The position numbers and the translations under genes were made by a program. Positions 13,426 through 26,113 of a stretch of 64,000 nt of DNA are shown here, piece after piece. The first letter of the stretch is position 1. The number at the start of each line of letters is the position of its first letter. The notes below the pieces were generated by a model. The model saw only the letters and a list, made by a program, of their open reading frames with translations, did not search any database and was not told the origin of the DNA. The stretch is from Mobula hypostoma (Eukaryota): NCBI RefSeq assembly GCF_963921235.1, contig NC_086098.1, positions 237,026,001 through 237,090,000 on the forward strand, written 5' to 3'.

Positions 13426-13929
13426 TTGATGTCTCAGAAAAAATAATTTAGTTCAGCAGGTAATCCGAAGTGTCACCAAATGCCCTGTTTAATATAATAT
13501 TGAATGACCGCATCTCATCAGAGCATTAATTCGTATAATGCGCTTGCTGGGCTGTCTAGAATGGTGATAGGCGACATAAAATTGTACCATCGCTGCAAGT
13601 GCTTTGGCAGGCCTCTGCGAACTCTACCTTGGTCCTCGTTGGCTCTCTACCGCCACCACATGTTCAGCAGTGAAACTTCGAACACTCGGAGTTTTATATT
13701 CCAGGGGAACGCTTTGTTACGCTTTGACAGACAGCTGTGAAAAAGAAGTTATTTTTTAAAAACACTCGCTGCATTCAGTACATAAAGATGTTTATTTCAA
13801 CTCTTGGATCATATTGATGAAATAACTCAATGCTCGAAAAGTGAAAACTCTCTTCTACAGCTTTTAGCATCAGTTTATTTATTTATTAACTTATTAATTT
13901 ACTGATATTAAACTTACAGGTTTATTAAT

Positions 13930-15735
13930 GTATCTCGTAATCTACAGCATATTACTGGCCCTTCAGCCCACAATGTTGTGCCGACCATGTAACCTACCCT
14001 AGAAACCGCCTCGAATTTCTCTAGTGCATAGCCTTCAATTTTTCTGAGCTCCATGTACCTATCTAAGACGCTCTTAAAATATCCTATTGTATCCGCTTCC
14101 GCTAACGCCGCCGGCAGTGAAATCTACGCACCCACCACGATCTTTGTGAAAAACTTACCCATTGACATCCCCCCGGTACCTATTTCCAAACACCTTAAAA
14201 CTATGCCCCTTCGTGTTAGCCATTTCAGCCCTGGAAAAAAGTCTCTGGCTATCCACATGATGAATTCCCTTCATCATCTTATACACCTCTATCAGGTCAC
14301 CTCCTATCCTCCGTAGCTCCAAGAAGGAAAAGGTCATGTTCACGAAACCTATTGTCATAAGGTACGTCATTCAATCCAGGCAATAGCCTTGTAAATCTCC
14401 TCTGCCTTCTCTCAATATCCACATGCTTCCTGTAGTGAGGTGACCAGAACTGAAGACATTACTCCAGGTGGGGTCAGACTAAGTTCTTATTTAGCTGTAA
14501 CATTACCTCAGGGCCCTTGAACTCAATCTTACAGTTGATGAATGGCAACACACAATACGCCTTCTTAACAACACTGTCAACCTCTGCAGCAGCTTTGAGT
14601 TCCCTTGAACAAGGACCCCAAGATTTCTTAGGATCCTCCAGACTACCAAGAGTCTTACCATTAATATTATATTCTGTGTTCAAAGTTGACCTACCAAAAT
14701 GAACCACGTCACACTTATCTGGGGGGTTGAATTCCATCTGCCTCTTCTCAGCACAGTTTTGCATCCTATGGATATCCCGCTGTAACCTCTGACAGCTCTC
14801 CACACTATCCACAATACCTCCAACCTTTGTGTCATCAGCAAATTTACTAACCCATCCCTCCACTTCCTCATCCAGGTCATTTACAAAAATCACGAAGAGA
14901 AAGGGTCCCAAAAACAGATCCCTGTAGAACATCACTGGTCACCGACCTCCATACAGAATACGAACCATTTACAACGACACTTTGCCTTCCGTGGGCAAGC
15001 CAATTCTGGATTAACAAAATAAGGTCTCTTTGGATTCCATGCCTCCTTGCTTTCTGAAGGAGCCTTGCATGGGGAACCATATCAAATCCCTTACTGAAAT
15101 CGATATACTGTAGGTCCACTGCTCTACCTTTATCAATGTGTTTTGTTACATACTCAAAGAATTCAATCAGACTTTTAAGGCACGACCTGCCCCTGGCAAG
15201 CCACGCTGATTATCCATGATCAGATTATGTCTCTCCAAATGCTCACAAATCCTGCCTCTCAGGAACTTCTCCATCCAGCTTGCCCATCACTGAAGTCAGA
15301 ATCACTGGCCTATAATTTCCTGGGTTATGTCCACTCCCTTTCTTGAACAAGGGAACAGCATTTACAACCCTCCAATCATCTGGTACTTCTCCCGTCCCTT
15401 TTGATGACACAAAGATCATCGTAAGAGGCGCAGCAATCCCCTTCAATGCCCCCCACAGTAGCCTGGGGTATATCTCAACGGTCCCGATGACTTATCTAAC
15501 TTAATGCTTTTTAAAAGCTCTAGCACACCCTCTTTCTTAATGTCTATAAGCGTTTCACTCCGATGTAAGTCATCCCTACAAATGCCAAGGTCTTTCCCCT
15601 TGTTGAATAGTGAAGCTAAGTATTCATTGAGTACCTCCTCTACCTCCTCCGACTCCATGCACACGTTTCCACTATCGCACCTGATTGGTCCTTTCCTCAT
15701 ACGACTCATCCTCTTGCTCTTCACATACTTGAATA
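13930..15735 (-). mobile_element. CR1 LINE ORF2 fragment, frameshifted
   Basis: ORFs 14474-14935 (LGPFLFVIFVNDLD..VSKFADDTKVGG), 14877-15119 and 15243-15446 (VPDDWRVVNAVPLFKKG..NYRPV). Confidence 0.9.
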
Positions 15736-15769
15736 TGAAATATAATTTTGGGGATATCAACGAACAAAG

Positions 15770-16907
15770 AAAATAGATTATCGTGCGATAAAGGTAAAAA
15801 TTCTGCCGGTATATGTAATTCTAGTAAAAACTACTCACCACTAAACTTGAATGAAAGCTGAACCCAGAAAAAAATGAAGAGATTATGACCACAGTAGAAA
15901 GAGTTAACTAATGGAAGAACATAATCCTCAGCACACGACGTAGCGACAGGGAAGCTTCGAACTTCGCTCAGAGTTGGAGACTTCTTCCCAAATACAGAAG
16001 GAATGCTTGTGACAGTGCAGGGCCAGGTAATTAACACAAAATGATCAGATATACATAATAAAGGACCAAGTAATTCAAAACGATAAATGCAGAAAATGCC
16101 AAGAGAAACCCAGAATAATCCAACACATTACAGGATCTTGCAGCAGTATAACTCGATCTGATTACTGGCAGAGGTACAATCAAGCGGCAAACATCACTCA
16201 CTAAAACCTTGCTCTAAAATACATTCTCTTGAAGTACAACATATCTTTCTATAAATAAAAGTCTGGAATGGATCAGTTTTAGACGCAGAAGTCTACAAAT
16301 TATATAATGACCTATCTATTATAACCATCCGGCTATAATATAACAGTATTAACAAGTAAGATAAACTTACTTAATAGATATAACCATTCCTAATGCACTT
16401 AACATACAGAAATCAATTAGTGAAAGCAAAGCGGAATTATGCTGAAGCAAAAGAGGACATTGAAGACTATGGACGTTGAAGAAGATATACATGGTAATCT
16501 GCAAATGTCGCACAGTGGCAAACATCATTCACAAAAAATCTTGCTTTCAAATACAAACCCCTAAAACACCATATCTTGTTATAAGTGCAAGCCCGATCCA
16601 CTTTTAGATTCTCAAAAATTATATTCCAGGCGATCCATTATTACAGATAGGAAAATTAATATTAACCATTTGGATATAGTATTACAGGATAAACAAGCAT
16701 GAAAAACACAAGAAATATTCGGAATTGAAAGAAGAAATTAAAAAATTGTGGAACATGAACAGGATATGTTTTGTTCCAATAGTAATGTATGCAACTGTTA
16801 TCATCCGAAAATCACTACACAATAGCATTTGAACAATTATGCCTACACAAAAATATGCATGTAATTCTCCAAAAAGGCACAATATAGCAACACTAGAATA
16901 GCCTGTA
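15770..16907 (+). mobile_element. R4/Dong-clade non-LTR retrotransposon fragment (CCHC zinc knuckle and RLE domain)
   Basis: Broken reading gives GDFFPNTEGMLVTVQGQVINTK..DKCRKCQEKP..IQHITGSC and ..AELKEEIKKLWNMNRICFVPIV..IIRKSLHNSI. This matches the R4/Dong C-terminal pattern. Confidence 0.75.
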
Positions 16908-17439
16908 GTTTCTGTTTGGGGAAGCTTCTGAATGATTTTGTGAAGATCCACTTGTCTACGATTTTTTTTTATTTAGCCTGTGACAACTGTAGTGTACTCT
17001 GTGAGATAGCCTGATAAATCCTTGAAATTGGCCCAGACCACAGACTTGAAGCAAATCCTCTCCAGTCTCTCTCCCACGAGCATATCATTGTTCATTTTAT
17101 CTCTGGAGCCTTACTCTTTAGTCTCTGCCTGCCTGCAGGTAAGAGAAGTACAGGCAAGTGAACAGATTTCCCGAAATGCGGTCGGGGCATGGAACGGCAA
17201 GCATTCCTTACCGTAGTATAGCAGTGTTTGAGTGTGTTGAGACCCTTTGTGCAGCCAGCTATATGCTGATGATAACTAAACAGAGATTTCAACAAACCTG
17301 GCCATATCGAAGTTCCGACTATAATTTGAAATGCAGCGGCTGGGCTGCTGTTTGTGTGGTGATGCCAGCATCCATTATCTCTGGTGTCTGTTAATATCGG
17401 CTTTTGGCAGCATGTGAACGGCAGTTACGAGTAGGGAGT

Positions 17440-17870
17440 GGAAATTTCTTGGTAAGTAAAACGGTCGGCACATAATCATGTTCACGTTCGAGGGAACAAG
17501 AGTACGAAAAAACCGTCACGTCCAAGCACCGCAGAGAGTTTTTCATGAAACACAAACCACCACTATTTCCTTTCTCTGAATTTGCAGTTCATTCCATCCT
17601 GTGTATCGAGGAGTCTTCGGGTCGTACCAATGTATCCAGCGTGCCCACAATGAGCCATGTCTTCATTAAACACAGAATATAGCAAATCCTCATTTCCCTC
17701 CCTTATTGCAATCCTGACCTTAAGTCTCTTGTTTGTCAGTGACTGTTCATTTGGTAATAAGATGCTGTGTAGAGGAGCGTTCAATGCTTGGCGTTTCAGT
17801 CTGGCTTGGAGTCACTCTTCCGGACATGGTGATGTACCTTCGTACACTTGAAGGTGCAGGACCAGCATGC
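17440..17870 (-). mobile_element. Rex1/Babar-like LINE apurinic-endonuclease fragment
   Basis: Frames give PLHSILLPNEQSL (cf. LPSILLANVQSL), REMRICYILCLMKTWL (cf. CFTETWL) and GLCFMKNSLRCLDV..SYSCSPE. Confidence 0.65.
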
Positions 17871-18569
17871 TTTAGAGTTTCCTGAGTCATTCAGAAGATC
17901 CTCAAGTCACTAATTAAGACGGGTCAAAAGTGAGTTCATTAATGGGAAATTACAGGTTGCAGATGTCAATGAACGAAATTCAGATGTTTTGTAAGCAGCC
18001 CGCAAGAGGTCGCCATGGTTCATCTGCGCTATCTTCTCTGCGTTTATTGTCCTTCAACTGTATACTGTATACTCCAATGAAACAACGTTCCCCGAACGAA
18101 GGTGTACAAAACAGTGGATAAATTCACACACAACACAAAAAATAATACTACAATCCTCCCTGATTTGATCTGACCCAAAACAACGTACATGTACATGTGA
18201 CAAATAAAGCAGAACTTACAGTATAATCTCTAAGATATATTATTTATATTCAATGATGTCTGTTTTAATGCATTGAAATGCACTTAACTGCCACGGTATT
18301 TTCTAAGATGTTTTCAACTGTTAAAAATGTTAATCGTTCCAACGAATAAGGAATGGGCGTATTGGATAAGGAATAAGGAATACCCGACTGTTCATTTGAT
18401 TCCTATCTTATGGACAGGATTTAGTAACTAATACCGCTCGCGCTGCTCTATGCTCCTGAAGCAGAGTGATTAATATTGTAATTATTTGTCAGTGAAATTC
18501 TGGACACAGGTTGACACCACTCATACAAAGTAGGATCCTCGTCAATTACGAAATTGAGTTCCTACACTA

Positions 18570-18780
18570 AATACTGGAGGAATTCAACAGGTCGGACATT
18601 TACGGAACAAAATAAAGAGTTGATATTATCGCCGACACACTTCACCAGCCCTGATGAAGACATTCGACCCTGGCCGTCCATTCTTTATTCCCTTTCATAG
18701 ATGCTGCCTGACCTGCTGAGTTGCTCCAGCACTTTTTGTGTGTTGCTCTGGATTTCCGGCATCTGCAGAGTCTCTTGCAT
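18570..18780. repeat. Penelope-terminal-repeat hairpin (orthologous to 52600-52800)
   Basis: aaatactggaggaattcaacaggtcgg ... gatgctgcctgacctgctgagttgctccagcactttt form inverted arms. Confidence 0.7.
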
Positions 18781-19849
18781 TTGAAATACTGTTGTATTAG
18801 CCGGACGGTGCCAAATCTGGGTGTGCTATGAGTGCAACTGTAGAAGAAGGACTGGATCCAACTGGGAATATCGCACAACTCTCCACCGGGAAACATATTT
18901 CTCAAAAATCAGCCAGCTCACAACCAGTGCGTCTCTTGTTGCAACTTTTGTTTTCTTCTAAACAAGCGTGTTAACCATTTATCTGTTTATAAACTTGGAT
19001 TTACACTATCTAGTCCTTCCCCGTGGGTGTAATGAGATGTACGGCGTAGAGATTCTGGGAAGCAGCCTTCTTCCTTGTACTTTTCTATGGGCGTTATGAA
19101 GATCCTTGTGGAACTCCACTCTACCTCCAGCATTTTGTGTCCATAGATGCTGCATGACTTGCTGTGTTCGTCCATCATTTTGTGTATGTTACTCTAGCCA
19201 CTCTGTCGTTTTTCTTCTCTCCTCTCCGGCTCCTACATTCAAACCAAACCTAATGAGATCCCCGATAATAATGTACTAAAGAATGGTTTGTGCGAAATCA
19301 TACTGAGTTCTCTAAGAGTACATGGAACTTTCACCAGCATTCCGTCTTATCAGTCAGGCCCTCTATAAATCATTTTAATCAGGCAGGGTCTAACTTTAAC
19401 ATCATACACCAGGACGTAGTCTCGGATCAAAACGTCGACTGCTTACTCTTTTCCAATACATGCTGCCTGGCCTGCCGACTTCCTCCAGCATTTTATCTGT
19501 ATTGTTTTGATTCCCAGCATTTGCAGATTTTTTCGTGTTTGTTCTAGATTGACCATATTTATACGAGCTCTTTACGCATCTCACCCTGTTGCACAGTTCA
19601 GCAACTCTTTCCCATGTGACAAACACAGAATCCTTAAGTCCCACAACACCAGTTTCAGGAACAGTTAATACCTTGCAAACAACAGACCTCTGATCCAAAA
19701 TCAGAAACATTCTTCAAAAACCACAACTCTGAAGTGATTCCACAACCTTTTTGCATCTTTGGGTTCTCTTCCAGGGAAGATGGGATGTGTACATAAGGTT
19801 CAGTTCGCACCTGAACTGGAAGGATACTAATATCCTCGTGAGAAAGTTT

Positions 19850-22800
19850 GCTAGTTCTGTACGGGGGTGCGGTTAAACTATACTTGCAGAGGAATGGGAA
19901 CCAAAGTGTTAGAACAGATATTGGAAAGGTTGTGAAGATGTATGCTGTTAAGACCTCAGCCAAAGTCTGGAATCAAAAGGTTAAGCATGGTGTGACTAAT
20001 ATCCCGAGCTGTGTATATTTCTATGCAAGAAGTATCGTAGGAAAGGCAGAAGATCATAGGGCATGGATCAACACATGAAATTATGATACTGTAGTAACTA
20101 GTAGGACTTGATGCAGAAGGGGCAGTACTGACAGCTCACAATTTCGGGATATGTTGTTTCAGTCACCTCAGAGGGGGAAGGAAGGGAGGCTTTCGGGGAA
20201 AATGCTGCTGCAGTGTTCTGTCAGAACAGAATGGAGAACTCGTCTAGGGAGGAGTTACGGTGGAACTGAGGAATATGGAAGGCATGATCACGTTAATAGG
20301 CTATATTACAGACCACCCAACAGTTTTAGTGGGAAACAGGAACACGCTGGTAGAGATCGCAGACGGTTGCAAGATGCAGAAATATGTTATAGGAGGCGAT
20401 TTAAACTTTCAACATATTAACCTGGACTCCCAGACTGTAAAAGGACTGGATGGAATAGTGTTTGTTAATTCTGTTCTGGAAGGTTTCCTTAATCAGTGCA
20501 TAGAGGTCCCAATGACAGAGTGTGCGATACTTATTCTGCTATTAGAAAATGAGGCAGGGTAGGTGATGGAAGATTGTGTAGGGACACGTTACATATAGTA
20601 ATCATAATTACATTGGTTTCGAAGTAATTATGCAAAAAAAGATAGGTTTGTTCCGTGGTTCAGATTCTAAATTGGATGATGTCAAATTTTAATTAATTCA
20701 GAAATGATCTGGCACCGTGGATTGGGACAGTCGGTTTTCTAGCAAAGGTATACTTGGTAAGTGGGAGGCCTTCAAAAGTGACATTTTGAGAGTCGAAAAC
20801 TTGCATATACCTGTCAGAAAAAAAGGTAAAAATAATAGATTCAGGGATCCTGGGTTTTCGGGAGATAGAAACATAGAAAACCTACAGCACAATACAGGCC
20901 CTTCGGCCCACAATGCTGTGCCGAACCTGTTATCACTTTAGAAATTACCTAGGGTTACACATAGACCTCTATTTTTCTAAGCTCCATGTACCTATCCAGG
21001 AGTCACTTAAAAGACCATATGAATCTGCCTTCCCCAGCTTCGCAGGCAGCCCATTCCACGCACTCACCACTCTTTCCTTAAAAACCGTACGCCTGACATC
21101 TCCTCTGTATCTACTTCCAAGCACCTTAAAACAGTACCCTCTCGTGATAGCTATTTCAGCCCTGGGAAAAAACCTCGGACTATCCGCTGCACCGCATCAT
21201 CTTATCCACCTCTATTAGGCCACCTCTCATCCTCCGCCGCTCCAAGGAGAAAAGGCCAAGTTCACCCAACCTATTCTCATACGGCATGCTCTCCAATCCG
21301 GGCATTATCCTTGTAAATCTCCTCTGCACCCTCTCTAAAGTTTCCACATCCTTCTGGTAGTGAGGTGATCAGAGCTGAGCAGAGCACTCCATAGTGGGTC
21401 TGACCAGGGTCCTACATAGCTAAAAGATTACCTCTTGGCTCTTGAATTCAATCCCAAGGTTAATGAAAACCAATGCACCGCATGCCTTCTCATGATCGCC
21501 ATTTCAGCCCTGGGAAAAAGCCTCTGGCAAAAGTATACTTGGTAAGTGGAAGGCCTTCAAAACTGACATTTTGAGAGCAGAAAACTTGCATATACCTGTC
21601 AGAAAAAAGTTAAAAATAATAGGTTCAATGAACCTAGGTTTTCGAGAGATAGAAACATAGAAAACCTACAGCACCGGCGCAGTAGCTTTGAGTGCCCTAT
21701 GGACTCGGACCTAAGATCCCTCTGATCCTCCACACTGCCAAGACTCTTACCATTAATACACGCGTCTCCATTGATGATGTACAGGTTATTACCAGAGGCT
21801 CAGCAATCTCCTCCCTCCCCTCCAACATTAGCCTGCAGTATATCTCGTCCAGTCCCGGTGATGTATCCATTGTGATGCTTTCCAGAAGCTCCAGTACATC
21901 CTCTTTCCTAATGTCTATATGCTAAACCTTTTCAGTCTGCTGTAAGTCATCCTTACAATCACCAAGATCCTTTTCTGTAATGAATACGGAAGCAAAGTAT
22001 TCATTAAGTCCCTCTGCTATCTCTACTCCGGTTCATACACACATTTCCATTGTCACACTTGATTGGTCCTTTACTCTGTTATCCTCTTGTTCTTCACACA
22101 CTTGTAGAACACCTTGGGGTTTTCCTTTAATCCTGCTCTCCAAGGCCTTCTCATGGTTCCTTCTGGATCATCTAATTTCATTCTTAAGCTCTTTCCTGTT
22201 AGCCTTATAATTATGATTATGATTATGAGGACACGCAGTCCCCTTTTATTGTCATTTAGTAATGCATGCATTAAGAAATGATAAAAATGTTTTTCCAGAA
22301 TGATATCGCGAAAACGCATGACAAACCGACTTAAAAACTAACAAAAACCACACAATTATAACATATAGTTACAACAGTGCAAAGCAATAACGTAATTTGA
22401 TAAGAACAGACCATGGCACAGTAAGAGTCTCAGAGTCTCTCGAAAGTCCCATCATCTCACGCAGATGGTAAACCTTCAGGGCCGCCAACTTGCCAATGCA
22501 GCATCCCGGAAGCATCCGACCACAGTCCGACTCAGAGTCCATCCGAAAAACTCAGAGTGTCCGACCACCTATTCGACACTGAGCATCAAGCACCATCTCT
22601 GCCGAGTGCTTCGATCCCGGCCCCGGCAACAGGCGATACGCAAAGCCAAGGATTTGGAGCCTTCTTCTCCGGAGATTCTCGATCGCACAGTAGCAGCGAC
22701 AGCGAAGCAGGCATTTCAAAAGTTTCTCCAGACGTTCCTCTGCGCTTCACACGGCTGTCCCCATCAAATCCGGATTGTGCACGGCACCCCTAGTTGCACA

Positions 22801-23170
22801 TATTGATATTCATTGGGAACGGCCACACGCGCTGCGTCACGCCGCCATCTTCTCCTCCTCCTGTATTTTCTGGATGTCTATCGTTATTAAGTTTTTTCAT
22901 CCTTTTTTTTCTTCCTTACTAGATTCTCAACAGCACTTGTAGACCATGGATCCTGTACCCTACCATCCTTTCCCTGTCTCAGTTGAACGTACCTGTGCAG
23001 AACGCCACGCAAATATCCCCTGAACATTTGCCACATTTCTGCCGTACATTTTTCTGAAAACATCTGTTCCCAATTTATGCTCCCAAGTTCCTGCATGATA
23101 GCTTCACATTTTCCCTTACTCCAAATAAACGCTTTCCTAACTTGCTTGTTTCTATTCCTCGCCAATGCTT
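19850..23170. mobile_element. Nested CR1 fragments: + strand endonuclease piece 19850-20860, - strand pieces 20865-22215 and 22865-23170, split by a 650-bp non-autonomous retroelement (22216-22862) with (CATAAT)n tail
   Basis: YVIGGDLNFQHINLD (APE GDFN motif), GKWEAFKSDILRV, and (ATAGAAAC)n tails at 20865-20880 and 21648-21665. Insert ends gaggaggagaagatggcggcg on the - strand. Confidence 0.75.
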
Positions 23171-24156
23171 TATAGAATTACGATCTTGATCTTTGTGGAG
23201 CAACTAAGAGAAAACTCCCAATGCTGATCAGAATTTGGACAACAGGCGGTGAAAATGTCGATGATCATCCCACAAGGAAGGATAGAAATTTCGGGCAGAC
23301 GTGTGTCAGGGTGGGGAATAGTGGACGCCAGTGATGGTTTCATGGTTTCAAAGGTACATTTAGTACCAGAGAAATGTATACAATATACATACTGAAATGC
23401 TTTCTCTTCGCAGCCATCCACGAAAAACAGAGGCGTGCCCCCAAACAATGAATGACAATTAAATGTTAGAACCGCAAAGTACCCCCTCCCCAGCTCCCTT
23501 CCCTCCTGCGCGTAAGCGGCAGCAAGCAACGATTCCCCCTCCCTCCACCAGCAAAAAAAAAGCATCAGCACCCATCACTAAGCACTCAAGCGCCTGCAAG
23601 GCAAGAGGAAAGATACAGACTTGCAGTATTCCAATAACTGCTCCTTTACCCGGTATTCGACGTACCACACGCTCTTTCACTCTGTGATAAGGGAAAAAAG
23701 AGGTGTCTCCGATTCACAGCGAGATGGCAGGAGATCACTGAAGACTGAAAAGGCCAGCATAAGACACAGAGATCGCTATTGGCTAGGAATGGTGTAACAG
23801 GATAGCTGAGTGGGTCTGAGTGTAATTCTGTCTGAGGCGGTTCTTAGCCGGCAAGTTATCCGCCAGGATTTATTAAGAGCTGTGTTACACACGATCCAGT
23901 CACGACATTGTAACCGGCCAAGGCCAGGATCGCCCCATTCTACACCCAGTGGAAGTGCAGACACAGCACGGTGGGGATAATTCTGCAGATAAATAGGCGT
24001 CGCCAAAGATGGACAATCATCGCGCTAATTGCGGAAGTTCTTAAACATTTGTTTGCTCACAGAAGTAGATATTACTATACAATTACATTACATAGCGTTG
24101 TTTCACTGCATTAAATTGGGGCAAACAATTCGCGTGTGCTACGAGTCCGCGATGCC

Positions 24157-24421
24157 TTACTGCGCACAGGGCGACGAAGAGATGGCGTTTCGCAGAGGCG
24201 AGCTCAGCGAGCTGCGGTTCACGTTGCGGGAATAGGTCGTGCCCTTTTTCCAGTTTGCTGCGGGTCCGGGACACAGCACCTGTCGTCACCCCGCTCTCCG
24301 TCTCGTCTCCATCCACGCTCCCGCGCAGCTCCACCAAGGCAGGACAGTGTGGCCGAACCCGAGCCGGTCTTCTCCGGGGAGAGAGGGAACAGGAGAAGCC
24401 AGAGCTTCAGGGATTCGATAC
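24157..24421 (-). pseudogene. IgL sigma-cart (type I/NS5) constant exon, cluster 1, pseudogene
   Basis: Reads SIESLKLWLLLFPLSPEKTGSGSATLSC / LVELRGSVDGDETESGVTTGAVS / PAANWKKGTTYSRNVNRSSLSSPLRNAISSSPCAQ*. Relative to cluster 2 it has 23-nt and about 41-nt deletions, the second Cys is CGC (Arg), and the acceptor appears as AA (24423-24422). Confidence 0.93.
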
Positions 24422-24930
24422 TTGTGTGTGAGATAGGAGACTGAGGGGTATAAAATTTATATTAATTTGTGGACTGCTGTAACACGGGAGAAAAATAAAA
24501 CTCCGGCACAGAAATAATCACAAACCACCGAGTATTGACGCAAGCAGTAAAATATGTGGCGGAGGATGCGGTCATTCTTTCGGTGCATGAACGTCAGTGA
24601 GGAATATCTAGGATAACCACAGCTATCAAGTGCGCTTCACTGTGTTGCCGTGCGGGAAATCTTGGAATCCAAGCGTGATGAGCGAGGAGCTTCACTCATT
24701 CCACTGAACACTGTTCACGCAGGTTGTTTGCCCTTCTGTGGATTAATGGTTGCTGTTCCCAAAATCTCTAACTGGGCATCGAATTGTCGATTTACTTTTT
24801 CGACTCTGTGAAGGAGCTCTACAAACTCAGGATTTCGAACCCACTTTTCACTCCAGCAGAGTTTTACCTCAAACTCGCACAGACCCCCACCACGAATCAT
24901 GTGCTTTCTTGTTGTTAGCTCCTTTGCTGA

Positions 24931-24940
24931 GGCGAATTCC
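24931..24940. promoter_or_regulatory. Degenerate kappa-B-like site in cluster 1 J-C intron (GGCGAATTCC)
   Basis: Aligned position of GGGGAATTCC in cluster 2 (57761-57770), with one mismatch. Confidence 0.35.
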
Positions 24941-25622
24941 GCACAGAGTTACGGTAACTCCCCAGATATCATTTCAGGCTGACGAAATCTCCTCGTCCAG
25001 TGATGGCAGAGGAAATGGCGGAAAAGAAGAGAGGGCCGGTGAGTAGATCTGAAGCGGTTCAGCTTGGGATTTCTCCCCGGACACGAACAAACCCCAGCGT
25101 TCCTCCCCCTCTCTGTAACCAGCCCGCTCTCAGTTCAGTATTTTCCTTAATACTTATCTGCACTGTTACGATCTTCTTCGCGACCCCCTTGAAAGTATTA
25201 ACTTGAAGTGATAGATTCTGAACGCGGCGGCTAACTTTTAAAGCAGTTTTGAATATCCTGGAAAACTTAGTGACCACATTTTGTAGATAGGATAAGAGCG
25301 TGTTGTGGTATTTCCGATTCCATCAATACTGGAGCTAGGTTCAATGGCTTAAATACGGGAAAATGCCTGGTTGATTTTGACATACATGACCTCAAACTGA
25401 AACGATTGAATGCCGGGATTTACCATGTGTTAACGAGGTCCTGAAATTCAATAATGGCTCACTGGAGGGGTTAAATGGGCTTTTGTTCCTATTTTAGACA
25501 GATCGAACTCCCCCTGGGCATAGAGACGCACAATCATTCCCTGGATAGATATATCTATAGCAGCGGGGAAAAAGAGCGGTTGTTCTGGGAATTGCTTGTA
25601 ACAGAATGAAGCATTCACTTAC

Positions 25623-25976
25623 TCATTATATCCGGGATAGTGCTTGGACCGAAGATCAATCCATTATCCCACGCAGCACCGTAATAAACAGCGGAGTCCC
25701 GGGGCTCTATGCTGCTGATGGTCAGGACGTGACTGTTGCTGGACGTGTCCCTGGATGGTTGGAAAGGGTTTGCGATCCCATACCTTCTGTAAATATTACT
25801 GTCCGGCTGATGTTCTAACAACCTCCCCGGTCTCTCCGCGGGACACTATCGGTACCAGAATATGAAGTAATTTTCAATCTTACTGTCCTGCATCCTACAT
25901 TCTATGTGAGTGGTCTGTCCCTCGGAAAAAGGACCGGACGTTGAGATCTGATTAAGGACTCGTACCGCTAGGATAC
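25623..25976 (-). pseudogene. Germline-joined VJ exon of IgL sigma-cart, cluster 1 (354 nt, in frame, one stop)
   Basis: GILAVRVLNQISTSGPFSEGQTTHIECRMQDSKIENYFIFWYR*CPAERPGRLLEHQPDSNIYRRYGIANPFQPSRDTSSNSHVLTISSIEPRDSAVYYGAAWDNGLIFGPSTIPDIMS. Acceptor catcacAG at 25978-25977, donor GTAAGT at 25622. TAG at 25848-25846. Conserved YYC is YYG. No RSS between V and J. VLNQ and FQPSRDTSSNSHxLTI are sigma-cart hallmarks. Confidence 0.95.
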
Positions 25977-26113
25977 CTGTGATGAAACAAAATAAAGAAA
26001 CATCGTGAAATCGAGCGAACAGAAGGCTCAGAGATCACTTAACTCGCGCTAGAAAATCAGCAATAATCGTATTTTTAACCGATCATCTGTGACTACAGCA
26101 ACACGACTCTTAC

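Noticed and set aside
17563-17784. GYIGTTRR as a GIY-YIG nuclease motif
   Set aside because: Neighbouring frames match a LINE apurinic endonuclease (NVQSL/TETWL-like), which explains the segment better.
25615-25821. Calling the VJ a lambda (type II/NS3) or TCR gene because of YYxAAWD
   Set aside because: FR1 VLNQ, FR3 FQPSRDTSSNSHxLTI and C motifs FKPG/ETESGVTTG/SSYLRVPA/HSSLGSPL fit sigma-cart (type I/NS5). This is from recall, not a search.
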